DNA of 64,000 nucleotides from Eledone cirrhosa (GCA_964016885.1 OZ024741.1:365986001-366050000), one strand, 5' to 3'. Positions 1-12,729 are shown, numbered from the stretch's first letter. Notes: a model not told the origin generated them from the sequence alone. Numbers and translations are program-made.

Positions 1-144
1 GAACAGTACAAGCATGTTCCAAATATAAACCATTGTAATATTGTAAATATATATAAACAGTCTGTGCGAAATTATATAAATACACACATACAAACACGCA
101 CAAACACACACACATAGTTGATATGTTTTCATACCTGACATTTG

Positions 145-203
<59 letters not shown>

Positions 204-243
204 ATATATGTATATATGTGTGTGTGTGTGTAAAAATAAATAT

Positions 244-328
<85 letters not shown>

Positions 329-498
329 CATATATATATACAAATGAGAGGTATCAAAACATATCAACTATGTTTCGTTTTTGTGCTTCTTAATAAAAAA
401 AAAAGCTCAATGGACTTTGTGTAGAGCTATAATAATTCTAACGTAAAATATATATAGAGAGAGAAAAAGGACCATATAGCCAGGAGAATACACATTCT

Positions 499-612
499 AT
501 TGTAAATATACAAAGCACATATTTCAAAGAAAAATATGTACTCCAGATGGAAATATGTTTCCATCTGGAGTACTTATTTTTCTTTGAAATATGTGCTTTG
601 TATATATACAAT
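499..612. repeat. Near-perfect hairpin (55-bp arms, 4-nt loop) next to (TA)n
   Basis: ATTGTAAATATACAAAGCAC...CTCCAGATGGAAA-tatg-TTTCCATCTGGAG...GTGCTTTGTATATATACAAT, about 2 mismatches. Confidence 0.9.
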
Positions 613-644
613 ATATTGTATATACTCTTATATATATACCGTCC

Positions 645-684
<40 letters not shown>

Positions 685-740
685 CCTTTTACTTTTGAAT
701 TATAATTATATATATATATATATATGTGTGTGTATGTATA

Positions 741-811
<71 letters not shown>

Positions 812-1514
812 ATATAAAGTGATTTTCCGTTGTATATTAACCGTTAGCCAGTTATTTAAAGAAGCGAACCTGCATCAGAGAATTGGTTTCGTTCAAGGTG
901 TCAATATCTATAGGTCGTTGAAATACCTATACTCAATAAATAGATAATTTTGAAAATGAGAGATGTTAGAACGTGTAACGTAAGGTTTGTGCTAATTTTA
1001 ATGGCTTCCAATTACATTTGTTCTATACGTGATGCAACGTAGCCGATGCCTGATCAGACATAGCGGAATTCAATCACCGATTTCTGTCCAATTTGATACC
1101 TACATATGCTATGTATCTAAATATATACACACGTATACACACATCAACATAAATCCACACATGATACACTAACACAACACATGCACGTACATTAATATAT
1201 CTAATCAAGGAGAGAATCCATACAATAACCCATATAACAAAGGACTAAACGCAGAGATGTTTAAGAGCTAGATATTAGTAAAATCGCAATGGTGCGGGGT
1301 CGGGGCACTCCATATCGGCTAGCCTGAAAGCTTTCTGGCTTTGAACTATTTATGCAGTTAAAACACTTCAAAACCGGCAAAGTTTGCAGGTCAGCTGAAA
1401 CGAGCTGGACACTTTGTTGCGGTTTTAATAATTATTTATTATATCAACTCTGTGTCTATATATCCATGAGCTATGACACTGATCTGTGATCTTATAGGTA
1501 TTCACGTAGCCCTA

Positions 1515-1770
1515 TTAATTAGAGTGAAGGGTTTGCAATCGAAATGTGATGAGCTTGATATTGAACCTGGCGGTGCCTTATGTTCTTGAACAAATCACAT
1601 AATTCCACGTTACTCAAGCCCACAAAATGAGCTGCAACGACACCGGTGGCTCGCTGTATCAGCCGATGCCTTTTCAATGATTAAGAGGGGTGATGTGTAG
1701 TGAGGAGAATGACATGCTTGAGTGACTGCCGCTCTTCCATATAACACACTGTCCGTGCTAATGTCTTTCT
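1515..1770 (+). mobile_element. Decayed tRNA-derived SINE, family 2
   Basis: Degenerate tRNA-like head followed by TGTTCTTGAACAAATCAC, matching the TGTCCTTGAGCAAGAC core of the 25425 and 37425 copies. Confidence 0.5.
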
Positions 1771-1883
1771 AACTTAAAGTCCATGGCCAGTCATGCCCGA
1801 GGAGTGCTTTAAATACACACACACATACACACACACGCACACACGCACACACACACACACATACACACACACGCACACACGCA

Positions 1884-1939
<56 letters not shown>

Positions 1940-2223
1940 TATATATATATATATATATATGTTAGCGTTAGCCAAGAATATATCAACTAACCCACGTAAT
2001 AGTGTCAAAATCTGGTAACGTCACACTGGTGCAGGTCGCTTCATCTCTGTGTCACAAAAATACACAGTTTGTCACTCTGATTTCAAATCCCGTGTATATA
2101 GAAGTCTTTGATAAAAATTATGGCAAAAATCTCCTCTTGGCATTCTGAAATAAAACCACCAGTTTAAGTATTTACTGGTCATCTTGCTTAAATAATTATT
2201 ATCTGATTATCATCAGATAATAA

Positions 2224-2403
2224 TTATTTTTACTTTTGGCACAAGGCCAGCAATTATCCCAGTGCATTACTGCTACTTTATTTTATTGACCCCGTAAGGA
2301 TAAAAGGCAAAATTAACCACGGCGGGATTTGAACTCAGACCGTAAAGGGCCGTACTTCCATGCTGCAAAGCATGGCGTCCGACCCTCTACCGATTCTACC
2401 AAT
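2224..2403 (-). mobile_element. tRNA-derived SINE, family 1
   Basis: Reverse complement of the 8297 copy: GAGTTCAAATCCCGCCG B-box and GGCCTTGTGCCAAAAGTA tail. Confidence 0.85.
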
Positions 2404-2895
2404 AACTGAGACTTAGAGTGGCACCCGTTTTCTACAAGTATTTGTCACATCCAATATGTACAGATGACTCTTGTGCGATCTTCTCATCTGTTGTTCTATC
2501 TCATTAATTAATTTATCAAATGCAGGCCAGGACTCTGAATTATTGACACCATAAAGACATTGAGTCTATTGCCTCACCTATTGGTGTATCATGCGAATTT
2601 GCGCCAATAAAATGTCACCAATTCCCTAATTCGTTCCCTCGGAAGATGTTATATAAGCTGGTGCAATCACGGCTCCCCTGTGACCTGTGATGGTGTGTCC
2701 TATGTTGGATTGTTGGTAGTATATGGGAGTGGAGTCTCGGTCTTGCTTTTTTTAATTTTCTACTTGATTGAAAAGTCACCTCCGTACACATATGAGGGTG
2801 TAAACTTATATGAATGATTGACGGTTATCATCTTACAAGATAAAACAATCATATTGTGCATGCATATGCTCACGTACATACACGTACACATACAC

Positions 2896-2926
<31 letters not shown>

Positions 2927-3081
2927 CATACACACACACATACACACACGCACACAAACATATATATATATATATATAGAGAGAGAGGTAGAACACTGGA
3001 AGGTATTATCCGTAGTGGTAGAGCACTCAGTCCATGGGACGAGTTTAGTAGAAGTAGTAACACAACAGTTAGTTCACCATA

Positions 3082-3121
3082 CCGAGAACATTTGTTTCAT
3101 CTTAGCGGATCTTCAGCTCGG
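3082..3121 (-). ncRNA. Type I hammerhead ribozyme motif in PLE pLTR
   Basis: CCGAG-CTGAAGA-tccgctaagat-GAAAC-aaat-GTT-CTCGG; stem I CCGAG/CTCGG; stem II weak. Confidence 0.7.
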
Positions 3122-3329
3122 ACTGGTCATGGTTAAACGGAACAGGAAGAACAACCGTATGAACGCGCATGCGCAGAAACGTTCACTTCACCAAAGCAAT
3201 ACAAAGCCACGGGCGAAACGTGTAGGGGAGATAACTGCTAAAGTCCGGAAAAGATGTTCCAGATGATTAGAAAATTAGAATGTTGTTGTTATTCAATCCG
3301 GAGCTTTGTAGTTATGCAAGAGGTGTTTT

Positions 3330-3860
3330 CAGACATGTGGACAACGTGAGAAGATTTCATTTCTTGAATTTAGGCAATCGCTATTGCTTAATCTCCTTAG
3401 AATATTTATCCTTTCTTCAATACACAGTCCACAAGACGGATTTCCCCTTGCGTATGCTTGGACTTAGTGATAGCTTTCCATTGAATTGGCTAGTCTATAC
3501 CTGAGTGCTTAGGGGACTATACGTGGCTCGCGATTTTCGTGCATGATCGTTTGTCTGGGTACCTAAAGGTCGACTGATGTTTCAGGAAGCGTTCCTTAAA
3601 TCGCCCCTTTGTCATACCCACATAGGATTTGACCTCCTGTGGTTGATTTGGTCGGTTGGAAGTGACCACAGCTGCATAAACTACAGTGGGTGTGTTGCAT
3701 TGTTGTTGAAGGGCACAAGCTTCTGGCTTTCGGCAAGACCATCCTGGACTGTTGGTGATGTGGTCCTTCATATTCTTAGCGCAGGAGTACCCTAGTATTA
3801 CTCTGTGTCTGTTAAAGATGTGGCCTATGTGAAAGTATCTATCTAAGAGGGCTAAAAATT
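3330..3860 (-). pseudogene. PLE C-terminal linker and GIY-YIG endonuclease, disrupted
   Basis: ORF 3517-3942 (its first ~28 aa are spurious) has VVY...YVG-T..FKER...H; the LN..R.E..S.C.H motif lies downstream of a stop. Confidence 0.85.
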
Positions 3861-4746
3861 GTTCTCGGTATGGTAAACTAACTGTTGTGTTACTACTTCT
3901 ATATATATATATATATACTCTGAAGAATACTACCCCCACCATAACTTAGTAGCATGATTTAGAGAAGAGATAAAGACAAGACAAGATCTCAGAAGGAGAG
4001 ATAATGACAGAGTGAAGGAGAGAATATGTGTATAAGAGTGAAGTGAAGGAGATAATATATTTAGAGGAGGACTGTACACAGGTCTGTAGAGACGGAGAGA
4101 GAACGAAAAAGGACAGAGAAAAAGAATGAAATAATGAAGAATCGCTATCACTTAAATTATTAAAAAAATAAAATATAAGCCTGTGCAGAAGATCTTAAAA
4201 AGGTAATTGATATTTAAGTATGCTTCTGAATTTTATAGAAAAAAAAAAAAAAAAAATATTCTGGAATGGAAATGCCTAGAAAGAAACCAGACAATGTATA
4301 ACTCAACAAAAGTAATAAGACAATTTTCTGGAAATTACTAGCGAGAATAATAATATTGCTGAGGGACCAATTGGATATTGAAACGACATCTCAGAAATAC
4401 CGCACTGCGCCGAAAATATATTACTGAACTAGCTCTATAAACAACCTTGTACAATCTACTTCAATCGGTGACAAAAAAGAAATTCAATTCTTTGGGTTAA
4501 TGAAATGAACAACGGTCGATACCTATAATACAATGCACAACTTGAAAGAGAGACAATGCAGAAGAAAGTAGAAGAAAAAAACTGGTGAAAGGGTTAATGA
4601 GTATGGATACTGTACAAAGAAGATCAGAGGGTGACAAATTGCTTGCTGCTTTTTTTGACAGATTGATGATATTCTCTGCATGTTTTCATATTGAAATGAA
4701 ATGCAGAATCTAATTGTGCTCATAGAAATACACACGCATATGTACA

Positions 4747-4809
<63 letters not shown>

Positions 4810-5446
4810 ATACATATATATATATATATAAACATGCATGTATGTATGTAAATATGTATGCATCCATGAATGCTTCTAAGTATGTATGTATGTATCCATG
4901 TGAGTATGTGTGTAGGTATCTATGCCTATGTGCGTGTATGTGTTTGTTCGTGAGTGGAAGTATTACATCTAAATTCGCAGGAAAAAAATTAAAATTCATT
5001 TGAAATTTTTGCTAGAATTTCTACGACATTTTAAGGGATATAATTCATAATCCAGGGACACATAAATGTACTTCCAAGTTTTCAGTTTGTACAACCTTTC
5101 AACCTTTGCTGGCAAGATGTTTGGCGGTCTCAAAGGATTAAGCGGGTAGCTATACAATGATCACAGACTAACATACTCATACCGAGACTTATGTATGTTT
5201 ATTATACATAAACACATGCTGGCCTTGTACCAACAGTAGAAACAACTTTACATAAACACATCGTATAGGAATTCATTTACATCTCTATTATATTTATATA
5301 TATGTGTGTGATTACATATATTAAATATATCTATATTTAAATATACACATAGGTGCAGTCTCGATTACAAATTCTGTATGTATACATATAGAACTTAATC
5401 GTACACTTCGGCTGTTAGCGTACTTCTTAATATATTAGGTTAGACA

Positions 5447-5578
5447 CTGCCGAAGTTAACTTTGCCTTTCATCCTTACGCGGTCGACATAATAAGGCACC
5501 AGTAACGTACTGGGTCGATTTAATCGACTTTCCCCTCCCCCAAAATTATTGGCCTTGTGCCTATACTAGAAATCAATA
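5447..5578 (+). mobile_element. SINE family 1, 3' part
   Basis: GCCGAAGTTAACTTTGCCTTTCATCCTTAC...GGCCTTGTGCC. Confidence 0.75.
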
Positions 5579-5989
5579 TATTAGGTTAGACGGAAAGTTC
5601 TCAAGGTTTTTAAACTTTTTGTTGACTTTTAGGTTTTTTAACATTAGGAAATTTACTAGTCAATATAATCACCATTATTTAACGTTTGCATCGTTTAGGA
5701 AGGCACATAATTCCATCCCTGTAGAATTCTTCTGGCTTCGAGGCAAATAATTCTGTCAACCACTGATTTAACTGGTCTTCATTGGCGAAGGTCTTTGACT
5801 GCATTGCATTTCCATTGAGAGATGAGGGTGATAGTCTGTAAGCGTGAGGTCGGGCGAAAACGGCGGGTGGGGCAGAACCTCCTAACCAACTTCCTGCAGC
5901 TTCTCATAGGTTATCGGTATTGTTTGCAGCAGAACATTATCATGATGGAATCGAAGAGAACTGTGGTGTGAATACACCTGTGCGATTTT

Positions 5990-6264
5990 TACCACTAACC
6001 ACTTCGGTGAGTTGGTGTGATACCTGAGGTGGGTCGGCTTCAACAAGCTCATGCAGTTGTTCATCATTGAACTCGGATGGACGTCCTGCGTGAGGTCGTT
6101 CTTCAAGGATGTAATCACATCAACGGAAGAGTGCAAACCAGTCCCTGGCAGTGCGTTCAAACACGGTATGTCGCCCAAATACGACGACTCGATGCTGCTG
6201 CGCTTAGGCTATATTTGAAGTCATACAGTAAACAACCACGAATAAACAAGTTTGATAGATCCAT
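5990..6264 (-). pseudogene. Mariner (Tc1/mariner) transposase N-terminal HTH fragment
   Basis: Hand translation: MDLSNLFIRGCLLYDFKYSLSAAASSRRIWATY / TARDWFALFR*CDYILEERPHAGRPSEFNDEQLHELVEADP, matching the mariner LLYEF..WF.RF..LED..RSGRP..VE.DP pattern. Confidence 0.8.
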
Positions 6265-6454
6265 GCTGCACATAGTTTAAACCAACGTCACTTTGTACCA
6301 ACGCAACATTCGACATTTCTAGAAAACTCTACCAAAATACCTCCATTGGAAAAGCGACGGGAATCTGTCAAACCCACTGGGTTTATATATACATACATGT
6401 TGGCATATCTATATATAGATTTGTGTGAGTATATATATATATATATATATATAT

Positions 6455-6605
<151 letters not shown>

Positions 6606-6757
6606 TTGGAGCTCTGAAATAGCAATATATATATGGATGTATATATAATGTATTTTGCAATACAATTTATGCTTAATTAAAAGCATTTTGAAGACCGTAT
6701 TGTATTGTTTTAGAGTAGTGACAAATTCACTTATTTTAATCTCAGCAAACAGGGGAG

Positions 6758-6808
6758 ATAAGCCGACAAGGGCCTTGTTTCGCTTTTGTTGAAGCTTATC
6801 AAGGCTAA
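6758..6808 (-). ncRNA. Inverted copy of the U3-A8 hammerhead
   Basis: Reverse complement of 7086-7135. Confidence 0.8.
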
Positions 6809-7085
6809 CTACCCCTCCTGTCTACTGAGATTACTGATGTTATATTCTTATAGAATTCTAGTAAATAATCAGGAGCTGATTATACAGAGCGATTGTTGGT
6901 CAGGCATAAAGTGTATTGCAAAATACATTATATATACATCCATATATATATTGCTATTTCAGAGCTCCAATTCTAATTTTTAATTTCTGCCTAACCAACA
7001 ATCGCTCTGTATAATCAGCTCCTGATTATTTACTAGAATTCTATAAGAATATAATATCAGTAATCTCAGTAGACAGGAGGGGTAG

Positions 7086-7135
7086 TTAGCCTTGATAAGC
7101 TTCAACAAAAGCGAAACAAGGCCCTTGTCGGCTTA
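7086..7135 (+). ncRNA. Type I hammerhead ribozyme, U3-A8 core variant
   Basis: AGCC-TTGATAA-GCTTcaacaaAAGC-GAA-ACAAG-gcc-CTTGT-C-GGCT. Confidence 0.8.
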
Positions 7136-7246
7136 TCTCCCCTGTTTGCTGAGATTAAAGTAAGTGAATTTGTCACTACTCTAAAACAATAGCATACGGT
7201 CTTCAAAATGCTTTTAATTAAGCATAAAGTGTATTGCAAAATACAT

Positions 7247-7291
<45 letters not shown>

Positions 7292-7349
7292 GTGAGGGTT
7301 TTTTTACAAATTGAAAAATAACCGGTGTCCTACACGAGTGAAAGTATAA

Positions 7350-7437
7350 AGAAAAAGCGATGAAATCGAAAATGCAACTGGAGTCTTATTTAAAAAAAAA
7401 TATATATATTTATTGGCATTTTCGATTTCATCTCTTT

Positions 7438-7441
<4 letters not shown>
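7350..7441. repeat. Short inverted repeat abutting (TA)n
   Basis: GAAAAAG-GATGAAATCGAAAATGC ... GCATTTTCGATTTCATC-CTTTTTC. Confidence 0.75.
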
Positions 7442-7503
<62 letters not shown>

Positions 7504-7508
<5 letters not shown>

Positions 7509-7698
7509 AACGAGTAGGACCCCGACGGCCGAGACAAGCCGTTTCGACGGCTAATTCTGGATGTCCAGAATTAGCCGTCGAAACGGCTTGAGCTCAGCCG
7601 TCGGGGTCCTAATCGTCCCTATTACCCACTCTACTACCCTAAGTATTGAGTACTTTGGTGCGTTATGGTCCATCTGGTTCCTTACCACATTTCCTTCG

Positions 7699-7700
<2 letters not shown>
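7504..7700 (+). mobile_element. Fold-back mini-element family A (HHR 3' half plus tail) in (TA)n
   Basis: Inverted repeat 7504-7561/7564-7622 containing GAAACGGCT..AGCCGTC; homologous to 38690 and 62979. Confidence 0.85.
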
Positions 7701-7767
<67 letters not shown>

Positions 7768-8296
7768 GTGGGTAAACGTATGTATATATGATGTAGGGGT
7801 TTGTATATATGCATTCATTACTTTATATGTATGTATGTAAGCATATATGGGTGTATACATATATATATATATATATGTGCGTGTGTGTGTGTTTGTGTGT
7901 GTGTATCTCGGGTTCAATCGGGGGTAACCACTTTAAGTAAGGTACTCAATACATAGTAGAGTATACATTTTTAATATAGAAATGGCCTTGCAGTTCTAGT
8001 CATGTAGAAGCCATTTCTATATCAAATATATATTTGACTGTGTGTGGTTTAATTTATACTGATAACATTTTATACTAAAAATGGGCTTTCTTCTGTATTA
8101 ATATGGTTTAAGTTAATAGTTTCTTAGTAACTAGACATTCTCTTAGTTATTGAGGTATTTATTACTGAGTTTCCATAAATTTTGTAATGTTTTTCACAAT
8201 ATATTCTATTAAGGTTAATTCTGTAATTGTTGTTACATCAATTAATAAAGATTTTAAAACTTATATGTTCTAGCTGCTTTCCTATAACATTATTTT

Positions 8297-8487
8297 GCGA
8301 TGGATTGGCAGTATCGGTAGAGGGTCGGACGCCATGCTTTGCAGCAAAGAGTTACGACCCTTTACGTTTGTAATTCAAATCCCGCCGAGGTTAACTTTGC
8401 CTTTCATCCTTACAGGGTCGATAAAATAAAGTACCAGAAATGCACTGGATAATTGCTGTCCTTGTGCCAAAAAGTTGAAACAATTAT
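8297..8487 (+). mobile_element. tRNA-derived SINE, family 1 (near full length)
   Basis: TGGCAGTATCGGTAGAG A-box-like, TTCAAATCCCGCCG B-box, then shared body and tail; more than 10 copies in the window. Confidence 0.9.
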
Positions 8488-8682
8488 TTTATTGAGTAGT
8501 ATATGTGTAATGATTTAGTCAAATATCTACCTTACTGCACGTTATATGTTTATTACTAATACATTTTTAATTGCGTATTTGGTCTTCCAGAAAATGTTAA
8601 CGTTTTGACAACTATATTTTAAATCTATTTACGTTTTCGGACATGCGATGGTAAATATTTATATATATATTTATATTTAATA

Positions 8683-8756
8683 AATTCTGATGAGATCAAT
8701 ACAGCAGGAATAAATTATAAATGTTCCTGTCGTGTTGATCGAAACGTTCGTCAATC
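8683..8756 (+). ncRNA. Type I hammerhead ribozyme with long stem II
   Basis: ATT-CTGATGA-GATCAATAC..CAGGAA/TTCCTG..GTGTTGATC-GAAAC-gttc-GTC-AAT. Confidence 0.8.
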
Positions 8757-8796
8757 AAATGATTGAGTTAATGTAATTTAATTTTGGTTATTTTTA

Positions 8797-8865
<69 letters not shown>

Positions 8866-9027
8866 ATATACTTTTCTGTCGATTCCTTTACAGTGAAACA
8901 GTTCTAGTCCTGCAGAAGTTATATCTATAATAAAAAAAGTATGTCTAAGCTATACTTATTTTATTTAGTACCTTTCTAAACTGTGGTCACCTCATGATAT
9001 ACATCGGGAAATCACTTATATATATAA

Positions 9028-9157
<130 letters not shown>

Positions 9158-9312
9158 TTATTCATTTATTTATTCATATGTTTGTGTGTGTGTGTGTGTG
9201 TATTTGCATAAGTATACCAGATTCCACTAAGATTGTATTGTACAGCCAGAGTCTCTCGCACAATTATATATCTCTCGCTATGTATACATTTGTGTATATA
9301 TATGAATATATA

Positions 9313-9426
<114 letters not shown>

Positions 9427-9462
9427 GTATATATATATATATTATGTATATATATATATATA

Positions 9463-9730
9463 AGGATTAGAATACTGGAGCGTGTTTGAGTCAAACACCC
9501 TCTTCGTATTATAGAAATGACAGTAAAAGGTATAGCTCAATGCAGTTAAACAGAGCCAAAAAATTAAGAGAGTAAAACAAAGAATCCTTTAATACATCAA
9601 AAGTTTTTATTAGCCGACAATGTTTCGTCCTGTTAAGGACGAAACATTGTCGGACGAAACATTAATAGGACGAAACATTGTCGGCTAATAAAAACTTTTG
9701 ATGTATTAAAGGATTCTTTGTTTTACTCTC

Positions 9731-9735
<5 letters not shown>
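9463..9735 (-). mobile_element. Fold-back cassette with HHR 3' half in (TA)n
   Basis: Arms 9563-9630 and 9668-9735; GTCC-tgttaa-GGAC-GAAAC-att-GTC; GGACGAAACATT occurs at 9637, 9652 and 9668. Confidence 0.8.
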
Positions 9736-9802
<67 letters not shown>

Positions 9803-9806
9803 CTTG

Positions 9807-9838
<32 letters not shown>

Positions 9839-9839
9839 T

Positions 9840-10237
9840 TTTGAGTATATGTTGGTTGTATATAAACGCCTAAGTATGCAGATTGGAGCACTCGACGGGG
9901 TGCGAAGGTTGGTTTGGTTACTCCGGAGTAATGTAAAATAAGGTAAAATAAATAAGTCAAATGTTTAAAATTTAGCTTCGTTTATTACTGCTATATATAT
10001 TTAGGTGACAGCCATCTTTGGCTGTGACCTCTTCCTCACTGAAATAACAACCCAACCAGGAACTGGGGATATCAGAGTATTGACAAAATTATACACCTCA
10101 ACAACATATGTACTTGTCTATACCACACTAATTCGGACTGCCTGAAGAGGTCACAGCCAAAGATGGCTGTCACCTAAATATATATAGCAGTAATAAACGA
10201 AGCTAAATTTTAAACATTTGACTTATTTATTTTACTT

Positions 10238-10244
<7 letters not shown>
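9840..10244. mobile_element. Inverted-repeat cassette with HHR in (TA)n
   Basis: Arms 9934-10034 and 10144-10244, near identical. Confidence 0.85.
10137..10191 (+). ncRNA. Hammerhead fold with GAAA>TAAA core mutation
   Basis: ACTGC-CTGAAGA-GGTcACAGCCA-aaga-TGGCTGTcACC-TAAAT-atat-ATA-GCAGT. Confidence 0.7.
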
Positions 10245-10304
<60 letters not shown>

Positions 10305-10317
10305 TGTATATATATAT

Positions 10318-10847
10318 ATATGGTGGCTGCCAACTCGTTTTCGAGTACGGCCACTACATTATTTCCATGTAGGAGAACCCCTACCGATGCGCTGAACGAA
10401 CACTACACACACAACACTTGTACAAACACTACACTTGTGACCATTATTGACACATAGTGCTGGGCCCATGGTACCATGTGACAACAAGTGCAGAGAGATC
10501 TCCAGATATAAAGCAATGCCTGTGCCGTGAAGCTTTTATAGTGAGCAAAGGCACTGCACAAAGCCAGTCCCACTCTTAACCAATATGATATTTACCAAAA
10601 AGAAGAACAAGTCAACATCATTGGATACCATCAGGGTTGCAGGTGTTATATCAGAGTTTTCCTTCTCCTAGAATTCTGCCTTGACAAAGGCTAAGGGGTC
10701 ATCTCTCCCGGTGATTTTGGATGGCCATTGACTCTTAAGAGCTCTTTTTCCCTTTGACAGGTTTTGCTTTTAGTCCTGCAGGATGTCCAATGTCACCCTC
10801 CTCACAAAGAAACCTTGGTGGGGTTGCCAGTTTAGTCGCCAACGACC

Positions 10848-10849
<2 letters not shown>
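10318..10849 (-). mobile_element. Non-autonomous RTE-related retroposon (family R), truncated
   Basis: Homologous to 23783-24317 and 56575-57207. Confidence 0.8.
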
Positions 10850-10928
<79 letters not shown>

Positions 10929-10971
10929 TATATAGAAAGATTTGAATGGATACAGTTTAGTTGAAAGGAAT

Positions 10972-11091
10972 TTATTGACACGTGTTTCTATAACAGTTAC
11001 ATAACCTGAAAACAGCTGCTATCTACAAAGTTTTAGTTATGCAGACATTCAATATTTCAATGTTATTATTTACTGTCATTTCATCAGAATA
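10972..11091 (-). ncRNA. Inverted copy of the 12311 hammerhead
   Basis: Reverse complement of 12311-12429. Confidence 0.75.
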
Positions 11092-11683
11092 ATATTACTG
11101 AGGACCTATTTGGTTTTTATAGAGAATATTAGGAGGGAGAGGTGAAGTTGTTAGAAGAATAGTTGAGGAAGTGGTTTTTCGATAGCAGTGAGAATTTTTG
11201 GTGGCAGTGAGTAATTAGATTCCCATCTGTTGTTTTGACATTTTTATAGAATATATTATTGGTTATTTTTCTAAATCTATAGAAGGATTAGAGATAGTAA
11301 AGATATGCGTGGTTGGTTTTGTGTTTGCACTTAATTAACATTCAGACTTAAATTTTTCTTTCAAGTGTACGTAAACTCAAAGCTTTTCCAGGAGCCAAAA
11401 TTTCAAGTGTACGTAAACATGGACATCCTCCCAACTATATAAACCTCAATCTAGTTAGAAAAATATAAAAACAATCTCTTCTCAACATATATTAATAACC
11501 TTAAATTACCACACTAATAATGGAAAGATATGCTGATGAGAATAGGTGCAAATATGCGATAAAGAATGTGTCTAAAAACATCCATAAGTATGTATATATA
11601 TGTGAAAATGTATATAAATAAGTAAATATATATATATGTTTGATGTGTATAGTTAGATGTAAGTGTATTCATGTATTAAAGTG

Positions 11684-11767
<84 letters not shown>

Positions 11768-12310
11768 GATGTGTATGTATATGTATATGTGTACACATAG
11801 ACTTGAGTATGTATGTATATATGTGTGTGTCTATACGTGTGTATATAAAGATAAGTTGAGTATGAAAATGTATACACATGAACGCGTATGTATGTACATG
11901 AATACATGTGTGTATATATATATGTATGCATGTGTATATGTATGTAAGTATGAATATGTGAATTGTGAGTATATGTATTTTGTAGAGGTGTGCAAATATA
12001 TTTGTGTGTGAATGCGTGGGTGAAAGGATACGTACACTTGAAAGAAAAATTTAAGTCTGAATGTTAATTAAGTGCAAACACAAAACCAACCACGCATATC
12101 TTTACTATCTCTAATCCTTCTATAGATTTAGAAAAATAACCAATAATATATTCTATAAAAATGTCAAAACAACAGATGGGAATCTAATTACTCACTGCCA
12201 CCAAAAATTCTCACTGCTATCGAAAAACCACTCCCTCAACTATTCTTCTAACAACTTCACCCCTCCCTCCTAATATTCTCTATAAAAACCAAATAGGTCC
12301 TCAGTAATAT

Positions 12311-12429
12311 TATTCTGATGAAATGACAGTAAATAATAACATTGAAATATTGAATGTCTGCATAACTAAAACTTTGTAGATAGCAGCTGTTTTCAGGTTA
12401 TGTAACTGTTATAGAAACACGTGTCAATA
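12311..12429 (+). ncRNA. Type I hammerhead with ~90-nt stem II domain
   Basis: TATT-CTGATGA-aATGACAGT...ACTGTTATa-GAAAC-ACGT-GTC-AATA. Confidence 0.75.
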
Positions 12430-12584
12430 AATTCCTTTCAACTAAACTGTATCCATTCAAATCTTTCTATTTTTCTCCGGATTACTTTTGGAACTACAAC
12501 TGGAACCGTCGAGCAAACTCTACGTGAGCTGTTAATCTACTGTGTGTAATATTTATATTACAACACAACGGAAAATACTGTATA

Positions 12585-12729
<145 letters not shown>

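Larger units (their letters stand above)
2988..3900 (-). mobile_element. 5'-truncated Penelope-like element (GIY-YIG 3' end, HHR-bearing pLTR, inverted pLTR piece) between microsatellite tracts
   Basis: Minus-strand peptides FLALLDRYF..IFNRHRVILGYSC..NMK, VVYAA..SYVGMTKGRFKERFLKHQSTF, CGLCIEER and LNSRNEIFSRCPH. 3855-3900 is an inverted copy of about 3050-3095. Confidence 0.9.
10933..12580. mobile_element. Large inverted-repeat PLE-type cassette (~440-bp arms) in (TA)n
   Basis: 10933-11372 is the near-perfect reverse complement of 12029-12470; extra 3' tail runs to 12580. Confidence 0.9.

Noticed and set aside
142-947. YI/CV/HT/ER-repeat ORFs here and throughout the window
   Set aside because: Translations of (TA)n, (TG)n, (CA)n and (GA)n microsatellites
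8297-8390. tRNA gene
   Set aside because: A/B boxes belong to a multi-copy SINE head; no cloverleaf
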